A stretch of 64,000 bases of DNA. Origin: a virus. Lineage: Duplodnaviria; Caudoviricetes. Position numbers and translations under genes: made by a program. Of this stretch, positions 39,698-49,612 are shown in pieces. Numbering within the stretch: the stretch's first letter is position 1; each line of letters starts with the position of its first letter. The notes beneath the pieces were generated by a model. It worked only from the letters and a program-made list of their open reading frames with translations. It had not been told where the DNA came from and did not search any database. The DNA lies in IMG/VR virus record IMGVR_UViG_3300047157_000186; one strand, given 5' to 3'.

Positions 39698-40090
39698 ATG
39701 TCAAAAATTCCAAAAATTTACAAGCACGGCATCGAGATCACTAAACCTTGGTCAAGAGAGATGTATAAATATAATCAAGAAGTTTCTTCTCATATGATTA
39801 AAGAAATTGAATTTGCTATTAATGCGCTTAGCGATTTAGATACAGCTAAAACACTAGGTAAGATTATCATGTCATCAGGATATGGTTATGGTTTTACTTT
39901 AGAATCTATCAAAGAAGATCTTCTAAAAAATATCGATGGCATCGAAACATGGTGGTTAAACGAAATTTGGGATGATTTAATCATATCTAATTTTGTACAG
40001 CCTAATTTTGGTGAAGGCAATGAAGTATTTCACATCATTGGATTTGAATCAAAAGAAGAGATTAAAGAATTAAGAGCTAAATTTGCATAA
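39698..40090 (+). CDS. Early hypothetical protein
   Basis: 130 aa after an early promoter. Confidence 0.6.
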   Translation: MSKIPKIYKHGIEITKPWSREMYKYNQEVSSHMIKEIEFAINALSDLDTAKTLGKIIMSSGYGYGFTLESIKEDLLKNIDGIETWWLNEIWDDLIISNFVQPNFGEGNEVFHIIGFESKEEIKELRAKFA

Positions 40091-40265
40091 TATGAAAAAG
40101 CTAAAATCAAGATTGCTGACTTACCTATTTACAGATTGGGTAAAAACTGAAGAAGATGTTGAAACTTTGATCATGACAAGAAATATGATTGAGCAACGTA
40201 AAAATAAAATTGTTGGCCACACGCCTGTTATGGGTTTTAGAAGCCACTTAAATAACGATTTATAA
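40083..40265 (+). CDS. Small hypothetical protein (start probably 40092)
   Basis: Coupled to the previous ORF. Confidence 0.5.
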   Translation: MHNMKKLKSRLLTYLFTDWVKTEEDVETLIMTRNMIEQRKNKIVGHTPVMGFRSHLNNDL

Positions 40266-40382
40266 TATGAGAAAAATAAAATCAATTGTACAAAATATAG
40301 ATAGCGTAGATATTGTATTAACCGTAGCCTTTGGATTATACATGATTCTACTAGTTAGTAATCTTTTAAAAATGATATAATT

Positions 40383-41678
40383 ATGAGAACAGATTTCCAA
40401 TTAATACATGATTTCGTTGAAGTTTCAAATTCAACTAATTCAAACACAGACAAAATAAATGTCTTAAAAGAATATAGTCAATATGAATCGGTTAGAAATG
40501 CGCTGTACTACACATATAATACATATCTTCAATATGGTGTAACTTCAGCAAACTGTAAAAAGAATTCAGATTTGTTAGGTCATCCTAATACTTATGGTGA
40601 TTTCTTTCTTTTACTTAATGATCTGAATGACAGAGTAGTCACTGGTCACAACGCAATTGCTAATGTTAATCGATATGTTAGAGAAAATCCACTATTCGAG
40701 GATTTAATCTGGAACATTCTGGATCGTAATCTTAAGACAAGATCAACTGCATCTACTATTAATAAGGCAATTCCTAATCTTATCCCAACATTTGATGTTG
40801 CATTAGCAAAAGCATTTGATGAAAAAACTCAAAAGAAAGTTGATTGGAATGATGGATGGCAAGTTAGTCGTAAATTAGATGGATGTCGATGTATTTGTAT
40901 TATTGATGGTGATGGAGAACCTAAGTTTTTCTCAAGATCAGGAAAAGAATTCTTAACACTTGATAATTTAAAACCAGAGTTGAGAGCATTGAATCTTTCC
41001 AATATGGTTTTTGATGGAGAGATTTGTATGTTAGATGAAAACGGAGATGAGGATTTCCAAAATATTATTAAAGAAATTAAACGTAAAGATCACACTATTG
41101 AAAATCCATATTATTGGATGTTTGATTTTCTAACTCTTAAAGAATTTCAAGATAAAACTAGTTTGACTACATTTAATGAGCGTATTAATAATCTATATAA
41201 TATTGTTGAAGATGGACATCAATTTATTGGAGTTCTTGAGCAATTAGATTGTGATGATGAAGTATTCTCTAGAATGATGGATATGTCAAAAGAAGGTGGA
41301 TGGGAAGGACTTATGTTACGTAAGAACACTGCATATAAAGGTAAAAGATCTGATGAGGTTCTTAAAGTAAAACAAATGCACGATGAAGAATATATTGTAG
41401 TTGGTGTAGAAAACGACATTCAAAGAGTTATTGTTGATGGCGCAGAAGTTTCTGAATTAATGTTAAAGAATATTATTATAGAACATAAAGGAAATCCTGT
41501 TCAAGTTGGAAGTGGTTTTAATCATGATCAAAGACGTCATTATTTTCAGAATCCAAATGAAATAGTTGGGAAACAAGTTACTATCCAATACTTTGAAGAA
41601 ACAACAAATATGAATGGTACTAATTCACTAAGATTTCCTGTAATTAAAGCTATTTATGAAACTACTAGAGACTTTTAA
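40383..41678 (+). CDS. lig: ATP-dependent DNA ligase
   Basis: Motif I SRKLDGCRC, FSRSGK, FDGEI, EGLMLR, VLKVK, VGSGF, SLRFP. Confidence 0.93.
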   Translation: MRTDFQLIHDFVEVSNSTNSNTDKINVLKEYSQYESVRNALYYTYNTYLQYGVTSANCKKNSDLLGHPNTYGDFFLLLNDLNDRVVTGHNAIANVNRYVRENPLFEDLIWNILDRNLKTRSTASTINKAIPNLIPTFDVALAKAFDEKTQKKVDWNDGWQVSRKLDGCRCICIIDGDGEPKFFSRSGKEFLTLDNLKPELRALNLSNMVFDGEICMLDENGDEDFQNIIKEIKRKDHTIENPYYWMFDFLTLKEFQDKTSLTTFNERINNLYNIVEDGHQFIGVLEQLDCDDEVFSRMMDMSKEGGWEGLMLRKNTAYKGKRSDEVLKVKQMHDEEYIVVGVENDIQRVIVDGAEVSELMLKNIIIEHKGNPVQVGSGFNHDQRRHYFQNPNEIVGKQVTIQYFEETTNMNGTNSLRFPVIKAIYETTRDF

Positions 41679-41722
41679 AAAATGAATAGATACTATTAGA
41701 GTATTGAAAAACATTTAATATT

Positions 41723-42328
41723 TTGAAGATATTTGTAGCGCCACCTAAAGGCCTAAAAGAAAAGGAAATGTATATTAATTGGATTAAATCTGAAGGATTC
41801 GATCCAATCATTCTGGATCTTAGGTACAAAAATCTTGATGCACCACTACTTTTATGTGGAGGAGCAGATATTGGCAAAAATATAGAAAGAGATCAAAAAG
41901 AATTACATTGGATAGAATTAGCCATAGAATGTGAACAGCCAATAATTGGAATTTGTAAAGGTATGCAAATTTTAAATTATTATTTTGGAGGAAAGGTTGA
42001 AGATTTATTAGAAAGAGTTGTTGAATTTCACCAAAGCGATGTTTTCTCTGAAGATGTTGATCATAGTGGAAAACAATCACAATATCATTACGTAAAAGAT
42101 CTAGAAGATGGTATGTTTGAAGTTAATTCAAGACATCACCAATGGTGTTCAAAGATAGCACCTAATTTTAAAATAACATGTATGTCATTTGATGGATATT
42201 ATATTCCTGAGGCAATAGAGGACGAAGAAAAGAAAATCCTTGCAGTTCAATGGCACCCAGAACGAGAAGAGTGTGCTGTGAATTACAATCTGTTTAAATA
42301 TGTGAAACAATATAGATTTAAACGATAA
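41723..42328 (+). CDS. Class I glutamine amidotransferase / peptidase C26 (PuuD-like)
   Basis: LLLCGGADI, IIGICKGMQILNYYFGG, VNSRHHQ, AVQWHPE. Confidence 0.88.
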   Translation: MKIFVAPPKGLKEKEMYINWIKSEGFDPIILDLRYKNLDAPLLLCGGADIGKNIERDQKELHWIELAIECEQPIIGICKGMQILNYYFGGKVEDLLERVVEFHQSDVFSEDVDHSGKQSQYHYVKDLEDGMFEVNSRHHQWCSKIAPNFKITCMSFDGYYIPEAIEDEEKKILAVQWHPEREECAVNYNLFKYVKQYRFKR

Positions 42329-42355
42329 AATAAATATAAAAAATAGTTATAATTT

Positions 42356-42994
42356 ATGAAAATACCTAAGAAAATTCATCAAGTTTGGATTGGAGAAAAA
42401 GAGCCACCAGCATGGTGTGTGAAATTTGGAGAAGAGATGCAAGCCATGCATCCTGATTGGGAATATACATTATGGACACATGATATGGTCTTTAATGATG
42501 TCTATAAAAATGATAAGTTTTTACAAAATTATATAACAGAGCCAGAAGTTTATAAATGGGCTTTTATTGCAGATAGAGTTAGAATACTTATACTTAGAGA
42601 TTATGGTGGAGTTTACTGTGATTTAGATGCAAAACCTATCAGACCATTTGATGAATGTTTAGCACACCTTTCACCACAACACACATTCTTTGCAGGTATG
42701 AAACCTACACAAGAAAATAACACATTAATAGATTGTACAGTTTATGGTTCTGCACCAAATAGTAGAGTTATTAATGAATGTTTAGAATGTTATGGAGATA
42801 ATATTTATTGGGCACATGGATGTAAGACATTTAATAATCAGATTATCAAAACAATGGACACTGATGTTGCATTATTTGGATATGAATGGTTTTACGATGA
42901 TAAAGTAACTGATAAAACAATAGTATTACATGACGTCGAAGAAACAAGATTGTTCTCTTGGGTGGATGGCGATAAATATAAGAAAAACTGGTAA
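42356..42994 (+). CDS. Glycosyltransferase family 32 (DXD, OCH1-like)
   Basis: IPKKIHQVWIG, AFIADRVR, YGGVYCDLD. Confidence 0.88.
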   Translation: MKIPKKIHQVWIGEKEPPAWCVKFGEEMQAMHPDWEYTLWTHDMVFNDVYKNDKFLQNYITEPEVYKWAFIADRVRILILRDYGGVYCDLDAKPIRPFDECLAHLSPQHTFFAGMKPTQENNTLIDCTVYGSAPNSRVINECLECYGDNIYWAHGCKTFNNQIIKTMDTDVALFGYEWFYDDKVTDKTIVLHDVEETRLFSWVDGDKYKKNW

Positions 42995-42997
42995 AGA

Positions 42998-43252
42998 ATG
43001 TACGGACAATCAATAGAAAATTCATATCAATTATTATCTGGAGGTGCAACACTTGAACAATTATTAGTGTATTTGTCCTTTATAATTGTTGAAGAAGGTC
43101 AAGAATTTCCTGATGATATGATGCCAGTATTTTTTATAGAACCCGATGCAACACCAACTGAAGATGATTTAGATGAAATGATTTCATATTTTGAGAAACA
43201 AGAAGAATATGAAAAGTGTTTATATCTAAAGGAATTCAAACATAAATTATAG
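42998..43252 (+). CDS. Small acidic hypothetical protein
   Basis: Ends YFEKQEEYEKCLYLKE, a UVR-like tail. Confidence 0.55.
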   Translation: MYGQSIENSYQLLSGGATLEQLLVYLSFIIVEEGQEFPDDMMPVFFIEPDATPTEDDLDEMISYFEKQEEYEKCLYLKEFKHKL

Positions 43253-43269
43253 TATTTGATATATAATAC

Positions 43270-44439
43270 ATGAGATTAGTAGAATCATTTAAAAATTTTA
43301 AGCTTTTATTAGAAGCCAACAATTCTCTTAAATTAAATGTTCCAAAGGATATTTTAGAATTGCATAAACTATTTAAACAAAATGGCAAGGAATTGTTTAT
43401 TGTGGGTGGTGCAGTGAGAGATGCATTGCTAGGTAAAAAGCCAAAGGATTTTGATTTGGCAACTGATGCGTTTCCTGCAGAAGTTATAGATATTGTTACT
43501 AACGCTGGTTACTCAACTACTGGAGAAGTTGGTCATCAATTTGGAGTAGTTATTGTAAATGTACCTTCGGATCCAGCGGGTGTTGAGATTGCAACATTTA
43601 GAGAAGATGTTGGAAAGGGAAGAAGACCAGATGCAGTGGAATATTCTACAATTGATAAAGATGTATTAAGAAGAGATCTAACAATTAATGCACTATTTTA
43701 TGATATGGGCAGAAAAGAGATTGTAGATTTAGTTGGAGGTTTAGATGATATAAAAAACTCAAAAATTAGAACAGTTGGTGTCGCCGCAGATAGATTTGCA
43801 GAAGATCCACTTAGAAAATTAAGGGCGTTGCGATTTGCAGGTAGAACAGGATCAAAATTAGAAAAAGAAACTGCAGATGCTATTTTAATCGATAATAGTT
43901 TAGAAGGTATTAGTTCTGAAAGAATTAGAGATGAATTTAAGAAATCTATTGTTTCTGCAAAATCAGCAAAGAGTTATTTAAACATGGTATCAGAATTTAA
44001 TTTGTGGTCAATCATGTTTCCATCTTTACAAATTAACGAAAAGTTTATTAACACTAACAATTGGATAGTACAGATTGCAATTCTATTTAGTAATAATGAT
44101 AATGATACAATACAGAAGGAATTAAATAAAGCATCGTTTACAAACGGTGAAATTGATTCAATATTATTCCTAAAGAGTTTAATGACGTTTGATATAAATG
44201 ATGTATTTAATTTACATAAACAATATATGAAGATTCAAATATCTTCTAAATTAGACACCAAAACTATTCTAGAATTTGCAAAAATTAATAAACTCGACAC
44301 TAAAACTTTAAAAGTGTTCTTTAAATATAAACCATCAACCAAAGGTGGAGATGTCATGAAAAAGTTTGGCTTAAAAGGATCTGCAATATCCGATAAGATC
44401 AATCAAATAGAAGCAGAGAAGTTCAGAAGTCTTATTTAG
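43270..44439 (+). CDS. cca: CCA tRNA nucleotidyltransferase / poly(A) polymerase family (class II)
   Basis: VGGAVRDALLG, DFDLAT, EIATFR, RRDLTINAL, RFAEDPLRKLRALRF, ERIRDE; late promoter at 43258. Confidence 0.9.
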   Translation: MRLVESFKNFKLLLEANNSLKLNVPKDILELHKLFKQNGKELFIVGGAVRDALLGKKPKDFDLATDAFPAEVIDIVTNAGYSTTGEVGHQFGVVIVNVPSDPAGVEIATFREDVGKGRRPDAVEYSTIDKDVLRRDLTINALFYDMGRKEIVDLVGGLDDIKNSKIRTVGVAADRFAEDPLRKLRALRFAGRTGSKLEKETADAILIDNSLEGISSERIRDEFKKSIVSAKSAKSYLNMVSEFNLWSIMFPSLQINEKFINTNNWIVQIAILFSNNDNDTIQKELNKASFTNGEIDSILFLKSLMTFDINDVFNLHKQYMKIQISSKLDTKTILEFAKINKLDTKTLKVFFKYKPSTKGGDVMKKFGLKGSAISDKINQIEAEKFRSLI

Positions 44440-44505
44440 ATCAAATAAGTATTTTACAAGATATATACATTGTAGCATTATGCATAAAAAATACATTGTT
44501 ATACA

Positions 44506-44799
44506 ATGGCAAAAGAATTAAATGAAGACAGCGGAATTAAAGTTAGTGTAAAAACACTAATCGCAATAGCTGTGGCAATCACAACAGTGGTAAGTTTTTG
44601 GTTCGCATTCCAAGCTCAACTCGATGATATGAGAGATGAGATAGAAGCAGCTAAAACTCTACCAGCTCCTAACATTTCTAGAACTGAATATGAACTCAAA
44701 GATGAGTTAGTACGTTCTACAATATTAAATACACAAGAAGATGTAGAAGAAATGAAAGAGGATTTAAAGGCAATTGAAAAACATCTTCGTAACAGATAA
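44506..44799 (+). CDS. Membrane-anchored coiled-coil protein
   Basis: One TM helix (LIAIAVAITTVVSFWF) then heptads; late promoter at 44460. Confidence 0.65.
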   Translation: MAKELNEDSGIKVSVKTLIAIAVAITTVVSFWFAFQAQLDDMRDEIEAAKTLPAPNISRTEYELKDELVRSTILNTQEDVEEMKEDLKAIEKHLRNR

Positions 44800-44800
44800 C

Positions 44801-45910
44801 ATGAAAAAACTATTATTACTTATTATCGCGTTGGTATCATTTAGTACTGCGGACGCACAGATTACAAAGAAGGTTAAGAAATTCTTTAAATACTCTACTA
44901 TTTATGGAGTTGCTGGAGAAGCACAACCACAAACTAGCACACAAAAAACTTATTTCGTAGATCAAGGTGGAGAACTATTTGATGTTACACCAGATGCTGA
45001 AACTAATTATTCTTATGGTTTTGGTATTAGAAAGGTTGCAAGATTTGATTATGAGAATAAACCTAATGCGTTCTATGATGGTACAGAAATCCAAACAGGA
45101 TTAAGTTCTAATATAGGTGCTGTTAAAGGTTGGGAATATAAATTCCAATGGGAATGGGCAAGACAGTTTGGTAATGAATACACAAGAGAAGATATATTTC
45201 TTAGATATTTAGGAGATAACTTTATCTTTAAACTAGAACAAATGCAAGATGGTCTTGCAGATTTGGATTACAGGGCAGTAGATCTTAGATGGAGAAAACC
45301 AATAGGTAAAAAACTTAACCTTTCTATCGGTGCTGCATTTAGAACACATAGACCTTATGGTTACTTACCAATTGCAGATTACTTAGATGATAATCCATGG
45401 TGGCAATTAGCATACGACAATGGTTACAATGATAACTATTATGGTATCGATTATGATAACGATGGAGAATTAGATAACTTTGATTTCTTTTGGAATGATG
45501 AAAATGGTGAGAGAGTTTCAGATACAGATTTAGATTTTAGAACTAATGTATTCGGTGGTATTGTAAATGACTTTAATAGAGAAAGACTTATACAAATTGA
45601 AGATCTTGGTACAATATCTCCAGTAATTGGATTAGATTTTTATCATTATTCACAAGATGGAAATAACTGGGCACACATTTACACTTCAGTTATGCCATAT
45701 CACCAACAGGTTATGGGTAACAAAGACTTTTCTTATGGTAAGTTTATTAGTGAAGGAGAAGATGCGCAATGGACTGATTTTACAATCGGTGCAATGACAG
45801 GATGGAAAATAACAAAGAAGTTAGGTGTTTTTGCAGAAATGAATTATCTACAATATTGGGATAGACAAGTATTTACTGCTAAAGCTGGCTTAAACTTCCA
45901 ATTTAGATAA
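44801..45910 (+). CDS. Secreted, probable outer-membrane beta-barrel protein
   Basis: Sec signal MKKLLLLIIALVSFSTADA, alternating aromatic beta-strands, C-terminal GLNFQFR. Confidence 0.6.
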   Translation: MKKLLLLIIALVSFSTADAQITKKVKKFFKYSTIYGVAGEAQPQTSTQKTYFVDQGGELFDVTPDAETNYSYGFGIRKVARFDYENKPNAFYDGTEIQTGLSSNIGAVKGWEYKFQWEWARQFGNEYTREDIFLRYLGDNFIFKLEQMQDGLADLDYRAVDLRWRKPIGKKLNLSIGAAFRTHRPYGYLPIADYLDDNPWWQLAYDNGYNDNYYGIDYDNDGELDNFDFFWNDENGERVSDTDLDFRTNVFGGIVNDFNRERLIQIEDLGTISPVIGLDFYHYSQDGNNWAHIYTSVMPYHQQVMGNKDFSYGKFISEGEDAQWTDFTIGAMTGWKITKKLGVFAEMNYLQYWDRQVFTAKAGLNFQFR

Positions 45911-45912
45911 TT

Positions 45913-46320
45913 ATGAAAAAGATAGTAATTGTATTTTTATTAGCATTTGGATTAATGGCATCGTCTACGATAGCAGATTCAACTAATGCAGGAATAACTG
46001 AGGGAGAACCAAAGTATTTAACTTCTGACACATTTAGCAAGTCTATTAATACAGGTATAGTTATTGTAGAATTTGTAGCCTCTTTTGTTGAGCCATTTTC
46101 AGAATGGGAAGCAATAGAAGATGGAACATATTACAGAGTAGATATTGAAAAATACCCAGATCTTAAAAAGAAATACAAGGTAAGATCTATTCCAACTATT
46201 TTAGTATTCAATAACGGAAGTAAAGAATTAACATATCGTGCAAACATTATGTTAGAATTAGATGTAACTGCTGAAGAAATTCACGAAGACATAGAAGATA
46301 TATTCTCCGATAAATTTTAA
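45913..46320 (+). CDS. Secreted thioredoxin-fold protein lacking CxxC
   Basis: Signal peptide; VIVEFVASF, RVDIE, KYKVRSIPTILVFNNG. Confidence 0.7.
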   Translation: MKKIVIVFLLAFGLMASSTIADSTNAGITEGEPKYLTSDTFSKSINTGIVIVEFVASFVEPFSEWEAIEDGTYYRVDIEKYPDLKKKYKVRSIPTILVFNNGSKELTYRANIMLELDVTAEEIHEDIEDIFSDKF

Positions 46321-46349
46321 TTGAAACTTTTTTAAAAATAAATCACCCA

Positions 46350-46412
46350 GATTTTTTTATGTCATTTATTTGTGGTATATTAGTAGTATACTAATGGAGG
46401 TTAATACCTCAC
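46350..46412 (+). promoter_or_regulatory. Early promoter plus GAGGT/ACCTC leader hairpin
   Basis: Repeat of 38704-38747. Confidence 0.8.
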
Positions 46413-46424
46413 CAAACACAAATT

Positions 46425-46787
46425 ATGTCAAACACTTCTACTTTTACATTCCCTTACGATAATTGTTATGGCGACGTATTTGCTATAGTAAATACAGTTG
46501 ATGCTACTTATGTATGTCCAGGTTGGCACCCGGTTCCTAAAGGAACTACTAGAGATCAGATTAAGTTTGACAAAAGTACTAAAATAGAAAAACCAAAACC
46601 TGTGTCAGTGATCACTAAAACTAAAACTGAAAACAGATCATGGAAAGTAGAGTCTTCTAAGCCTGGAAAATTCTATGATGTTACTGAAACAAACGGTGTT
46701 TGGGGATGTAATTGTCCAGCAATGAATTTCTTTAGAGGAGATTGTAAACACATTAAGGCTAAAAAAAGTGAAAAAATATTAGCATAG
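46425..46787 (+). CDS. SWIM zinc-finger protein
   Basis: WKVESS...YDV...WGCNCPAMNFFRGDCKHI. Confidence 0.75.
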   Translation: MSNTSTFTFPYDNCYGDVFAIVNTVDATYVCPGWHPVPKGTTRDQIKFDKSTKIEKPKPVSVITKTKTENRSWKVESSKPGKFYDVTETNGVWGCNCPAMNFFRGDCKHIKAKKSEKILA

Positions 46788-46820
46788 ATTTTTTTATGTC
46801 AATATTTTTTGGTATATTAG
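46787..46820 (+). promoter_or_regulatory. Early-class promoter
   Basis: TTTTTTATGTC...TGGTATATTAG. Confidence 0.8.
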
Positions 46821-46846
46821 TAGAGTATTAATCAAAACAAATAAAA

Positions 46847-47215
46847 ATGAACAAATTACAATCTCTTAAATGTGTTGAAGTAACTTCACAACGACAAGCT
46901 GACAATGGTACAATATGTTATCATGACCCAATTACAAATTGTGACTATCTTTCTTATGAAAGTGGTTATATTCGCAGAAGTTACAAAACTAAGTTACTAT
47001 CATCTGCTGCCAGGTCTTATTATGGTGGTAAATTTCATGAAACCATCTATCAATTAAATCCACAGCGCAAAGGTTACTACAAATCATCTTACAATGGTAA
47101 AATTTACGAAACCACAGCACGTGTGATGATTCAAGATCCTAAAGAACGCATGGATCGCCTTGCAAAAGCAGTTGTTAATTATCGTAATACCAAAAAAAAT
47201 AATCAATCAAATTAA
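46847..47215 (+). CDS. Early hypothetical protein
   Basis: 122 aa. Confidence 0.6.
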   Translation: MNKLQSLKCVEVTSQRQADNGTICYHDPITNCDYLSYESGYIRRSYKTKLLSSAARSYYGGKFHETIYQLNPQRKGYYKSSYNGKIYETTARVMIQDPKERMDRLAKAVVNYRNTKKNNQSN

Positions 47216-47225
47216 TTCATATAAC

Positions 47226-47468
47226 ATGTCAGAAAACGAAAAATACATTACCCCTAGAGAAAAAGAACTTTTAAAAGGTTTAAACACCAAAGCTACTTTA
47301 CTTTTAGAATTTGAAGAAATCTGTAAAGAGCAAAAAATGCCATTCAATCCAGTATATATGGACACTCTAAATGAACAAGATCTCAGAGAGTTAATATATA
47401 ACTTTTCACCAGAAGGTCAAGCTGAATTGAAAAAAAGAATCAAATATGAAACCAAATTTAAAAAGTAG
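47226..47468 (+). CDS. Hypothetical protein
   Basis: ATG 47226 is in frame with the ORF-track call at 47160. Confidence 0.55.
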   Translation: MSENEKYITPREKELLKGLNTKATLLLEFEEICKEQKMPFNPVYMDTLNEQDLRELIYNFSPEGQAELKKRIKYETKFKK

Positions 47469-47509
47469 CATATAAAAAATGTCTCTAAACCAAAGAACAG
47501 TATAGATTT

Positions 47510-47785
47510 ATGAAAAAACCAACTGTAATATATTATTTACATTATTATGACGAAGATCATAGAGAACGAGCATTTAATAAGTTCCAAGATTTTACGATTT
47601 GCGTGATGGCTGAAAATAACGCCGAAGCTATTGAAAAAGCTAAACTTATTTCAGGTAATGATAATATTAAAATTATGGGAATCTCAACTGGAAAAGAAGA
47701 ATGGGTAAATGAGAAAGCGCCAATGGGAACAGGTGAAGAAATAATGCCACTTGGAGGATGGGAAAGAAATAAATATGGAAAGTAA
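47510..47785 (+). CDS. Hypothetical protein
   Basis: 91 aa. Confidence 0.55.
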   Translation: MKKPTVIYYLHYYDEDHRERAFNKFQDFTICVMAENNAEAIEKAKLISGNDNIKIMGISTGKEEWVNEKAPMGTGEEIMPLGGWERNKYGK

Positions 47786-48201
47786 AGAGTATCACGAAAC
47801 GTGTAATATATGCGGAGACAATATACCAAGTGGTTTATTATTAACTAACATTTGTGTTAATTGTTTAGTTAGACCAAAAAATAATGACAATCATGGAAAA
47901 TAAAGGCAAAAAATTAAAAGAAGTAAATCTAACACTACAAGAGTGGTTGGATGCTCTTCGTATGCCTACTCCAGTTAGAAATAAGAAAAAGTATAGACGC
48001 ACAAAAAAACACAAGAACAGAGATGACTAAACATCGCCACGCTCGAAGAGAAGACGAATCAGTTACAAGTTGGATAGAAAGAATATCCTATAAAGATGAG
48101 AGTTGGCTCAAAAAAGCAAAAAGGCGAAGAAAGTTTAGATGGTATTATGATCTTAAGTTTTATATTCAATTAAAATTAATTATTTTTAAAAAGAAATTCA
48201 A

Positions 48202-48879
48202 ATGAACAAAATAGTAGTAATAGGAGACATTCACGGACACGATAGTTGGAAGAAACTTATCGAGTTAAATCCTGATGCTACAGAGTTTGTATTTATTGGA
48301 GACTACTTTGATTCATTCTCAATTCCACATGTAGAACAAATCTATAATTACAAAGAGATTATTGCATGGAAGGAATCTACTGATGTTAAAGTAACTATGC
48401 TGATCGGTAATCATGACTTTCACTATATGTCAGATTGTGGTGGAAGATATGGTGGATATAATGTATGGCACGCACCAGAAATTGGTGAACTCTTAAAAGA
48501 AACTAAAGAACATTTACAAGTAGCATATCAGGTAGATAAGTTTTTATTTACACATGCTGGCGTTTCGAAAGAATGGTATGACACCAATTTCCCAGAAGGT
48601 GGTAATATCCCAGAACAAATTAATGATCTTTGGTCTTATGATAAGAGATCGTTTAATCACAGTGGCATGGAAATGTATGGTAATTATGATGGTGAAGGTC
48701 CAATGTGGATTAGACCTCAAGCCCTAAGACGTAATCCTCTTAACGATACTATTGTACAAATCGTTGGACATACTAATATGTCATTAATTGACTATGATGA
48801 TAATCATTATTTTGTTGACGCACTCCCATATGAGTACATGACAATTAAAAATGGTGTTCCATTCATCCACAAATTATAG
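48202..48879 (+). CDS. Calcineurin-like metallophosphoesterase with intact active site
   Basis: GDIHG, GDYFD, GNHD, THAG, VGHT. Confidence 0.9.
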   Translation: MNKIVVIGDIHGHDSWKKLIELNPDATEFVFIGDYFDSFSIPHVEQIYNYKEIIAWKESTDVKVTMLIGNHDFHYMSDCGGRYGGYNVWHAPEIGELLKETKEHLQVAYQVDKFLFTHAGVSKEWYDTNFPEGGNIPEQINDLWSYDKRSFNHSGMEMYGNYDGEGPMWIRPQALRRNPLNDTIVQIVGHTNMSLIDYDDNHYFVDALPYEYMTIKNGVPFIHKL

Positions 48880-49073
48880 TGAAACAAATTAAATAATCTT
48901 AATATAAATATAAACAATCAACAAAACATGAGTAAGACAAAACCAAATATCTTTAAATCAAGAACTAAAGAATGGGATCCTAACGAGTGGCAAGGAAGAT
49001 CTAAAAGACAAGTTGAAAATAATTATAAAGTAAATGATTATGTTATTAAAACAGGATTAGTTGCATTTTTATT

Positions 49074-49304
49074 ATGGGCATTAACACAGATAATTTTATA
49101 AATATGACTAATTTAATAGAGTACGCAAACGAAGTTATTAAAAAATATCCAGTTCTAGAAAGTGATATACAAGGTTTATTAGATCTGTGTATTATGGAAA
49201 TTGAAGAAGGAAGTCCAGAAACACATGAGATAGAATTATGTTGGACAGATATAGATCAATTAGTGAAAGAAGAAGACGCTAAAATCTTATCTAGAAATAT
49301 ATGA
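49074..49304 (+). CDS. Small hypothetical protein
   Basis: ORF track; probable start 49104. Confidence 0.5.
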   Translation: MGINTDNFINMTNLIEYANEVIKKYPVLESDIQGLLDLCIMEIEEGSPETHEIELCWTDIDQLVKEEDAKILSRNI

Positions 49305-49504
49305 GCCAAAAACCTAAATTAGATCAGTTTCATTATCATGAAATGTTGGATAGATTACATGTAATTATGTCTATGATAGATGATCATTTACAACAACATC
49401 CAGTAGCTAAAATAGAAACAGAAATAAAAGATCTAGTTAGTGCAGCTCAAGATAAGCTACATGAAGCATATCAAATAACAGGAACTCAAAATAAAACACA
49501 ATGA
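49301..49504 (+). CDS. Small hypothetical protein
   Basis: ATGA-coupled; LDQFHYHEMLDR. Confidence 0.6.
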   Translation: MSQKPKLDQFHYHEMLDRLHVIMSMIDDHLQQHPVAKIETEIKDLVSAAQDKLHEAYQITGTQNKTQ

Positions 49505-49612
49505 GCATGACAATAGCAGGAATTATATTCGGTTTAGTATGGGTTTGGATATTTAAAGAAATCAAAAATGCTCCACTTATGGATGATTACGGTAATATAA
49601 TAGAAGACAAAA

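Noticed and set aside
47951-48205. 84-aa ORF with a TTG start
   Set aside because: Better explained as separate small ORFs; the real start is likely the ATG near 48023, with other short ORFs upstream.
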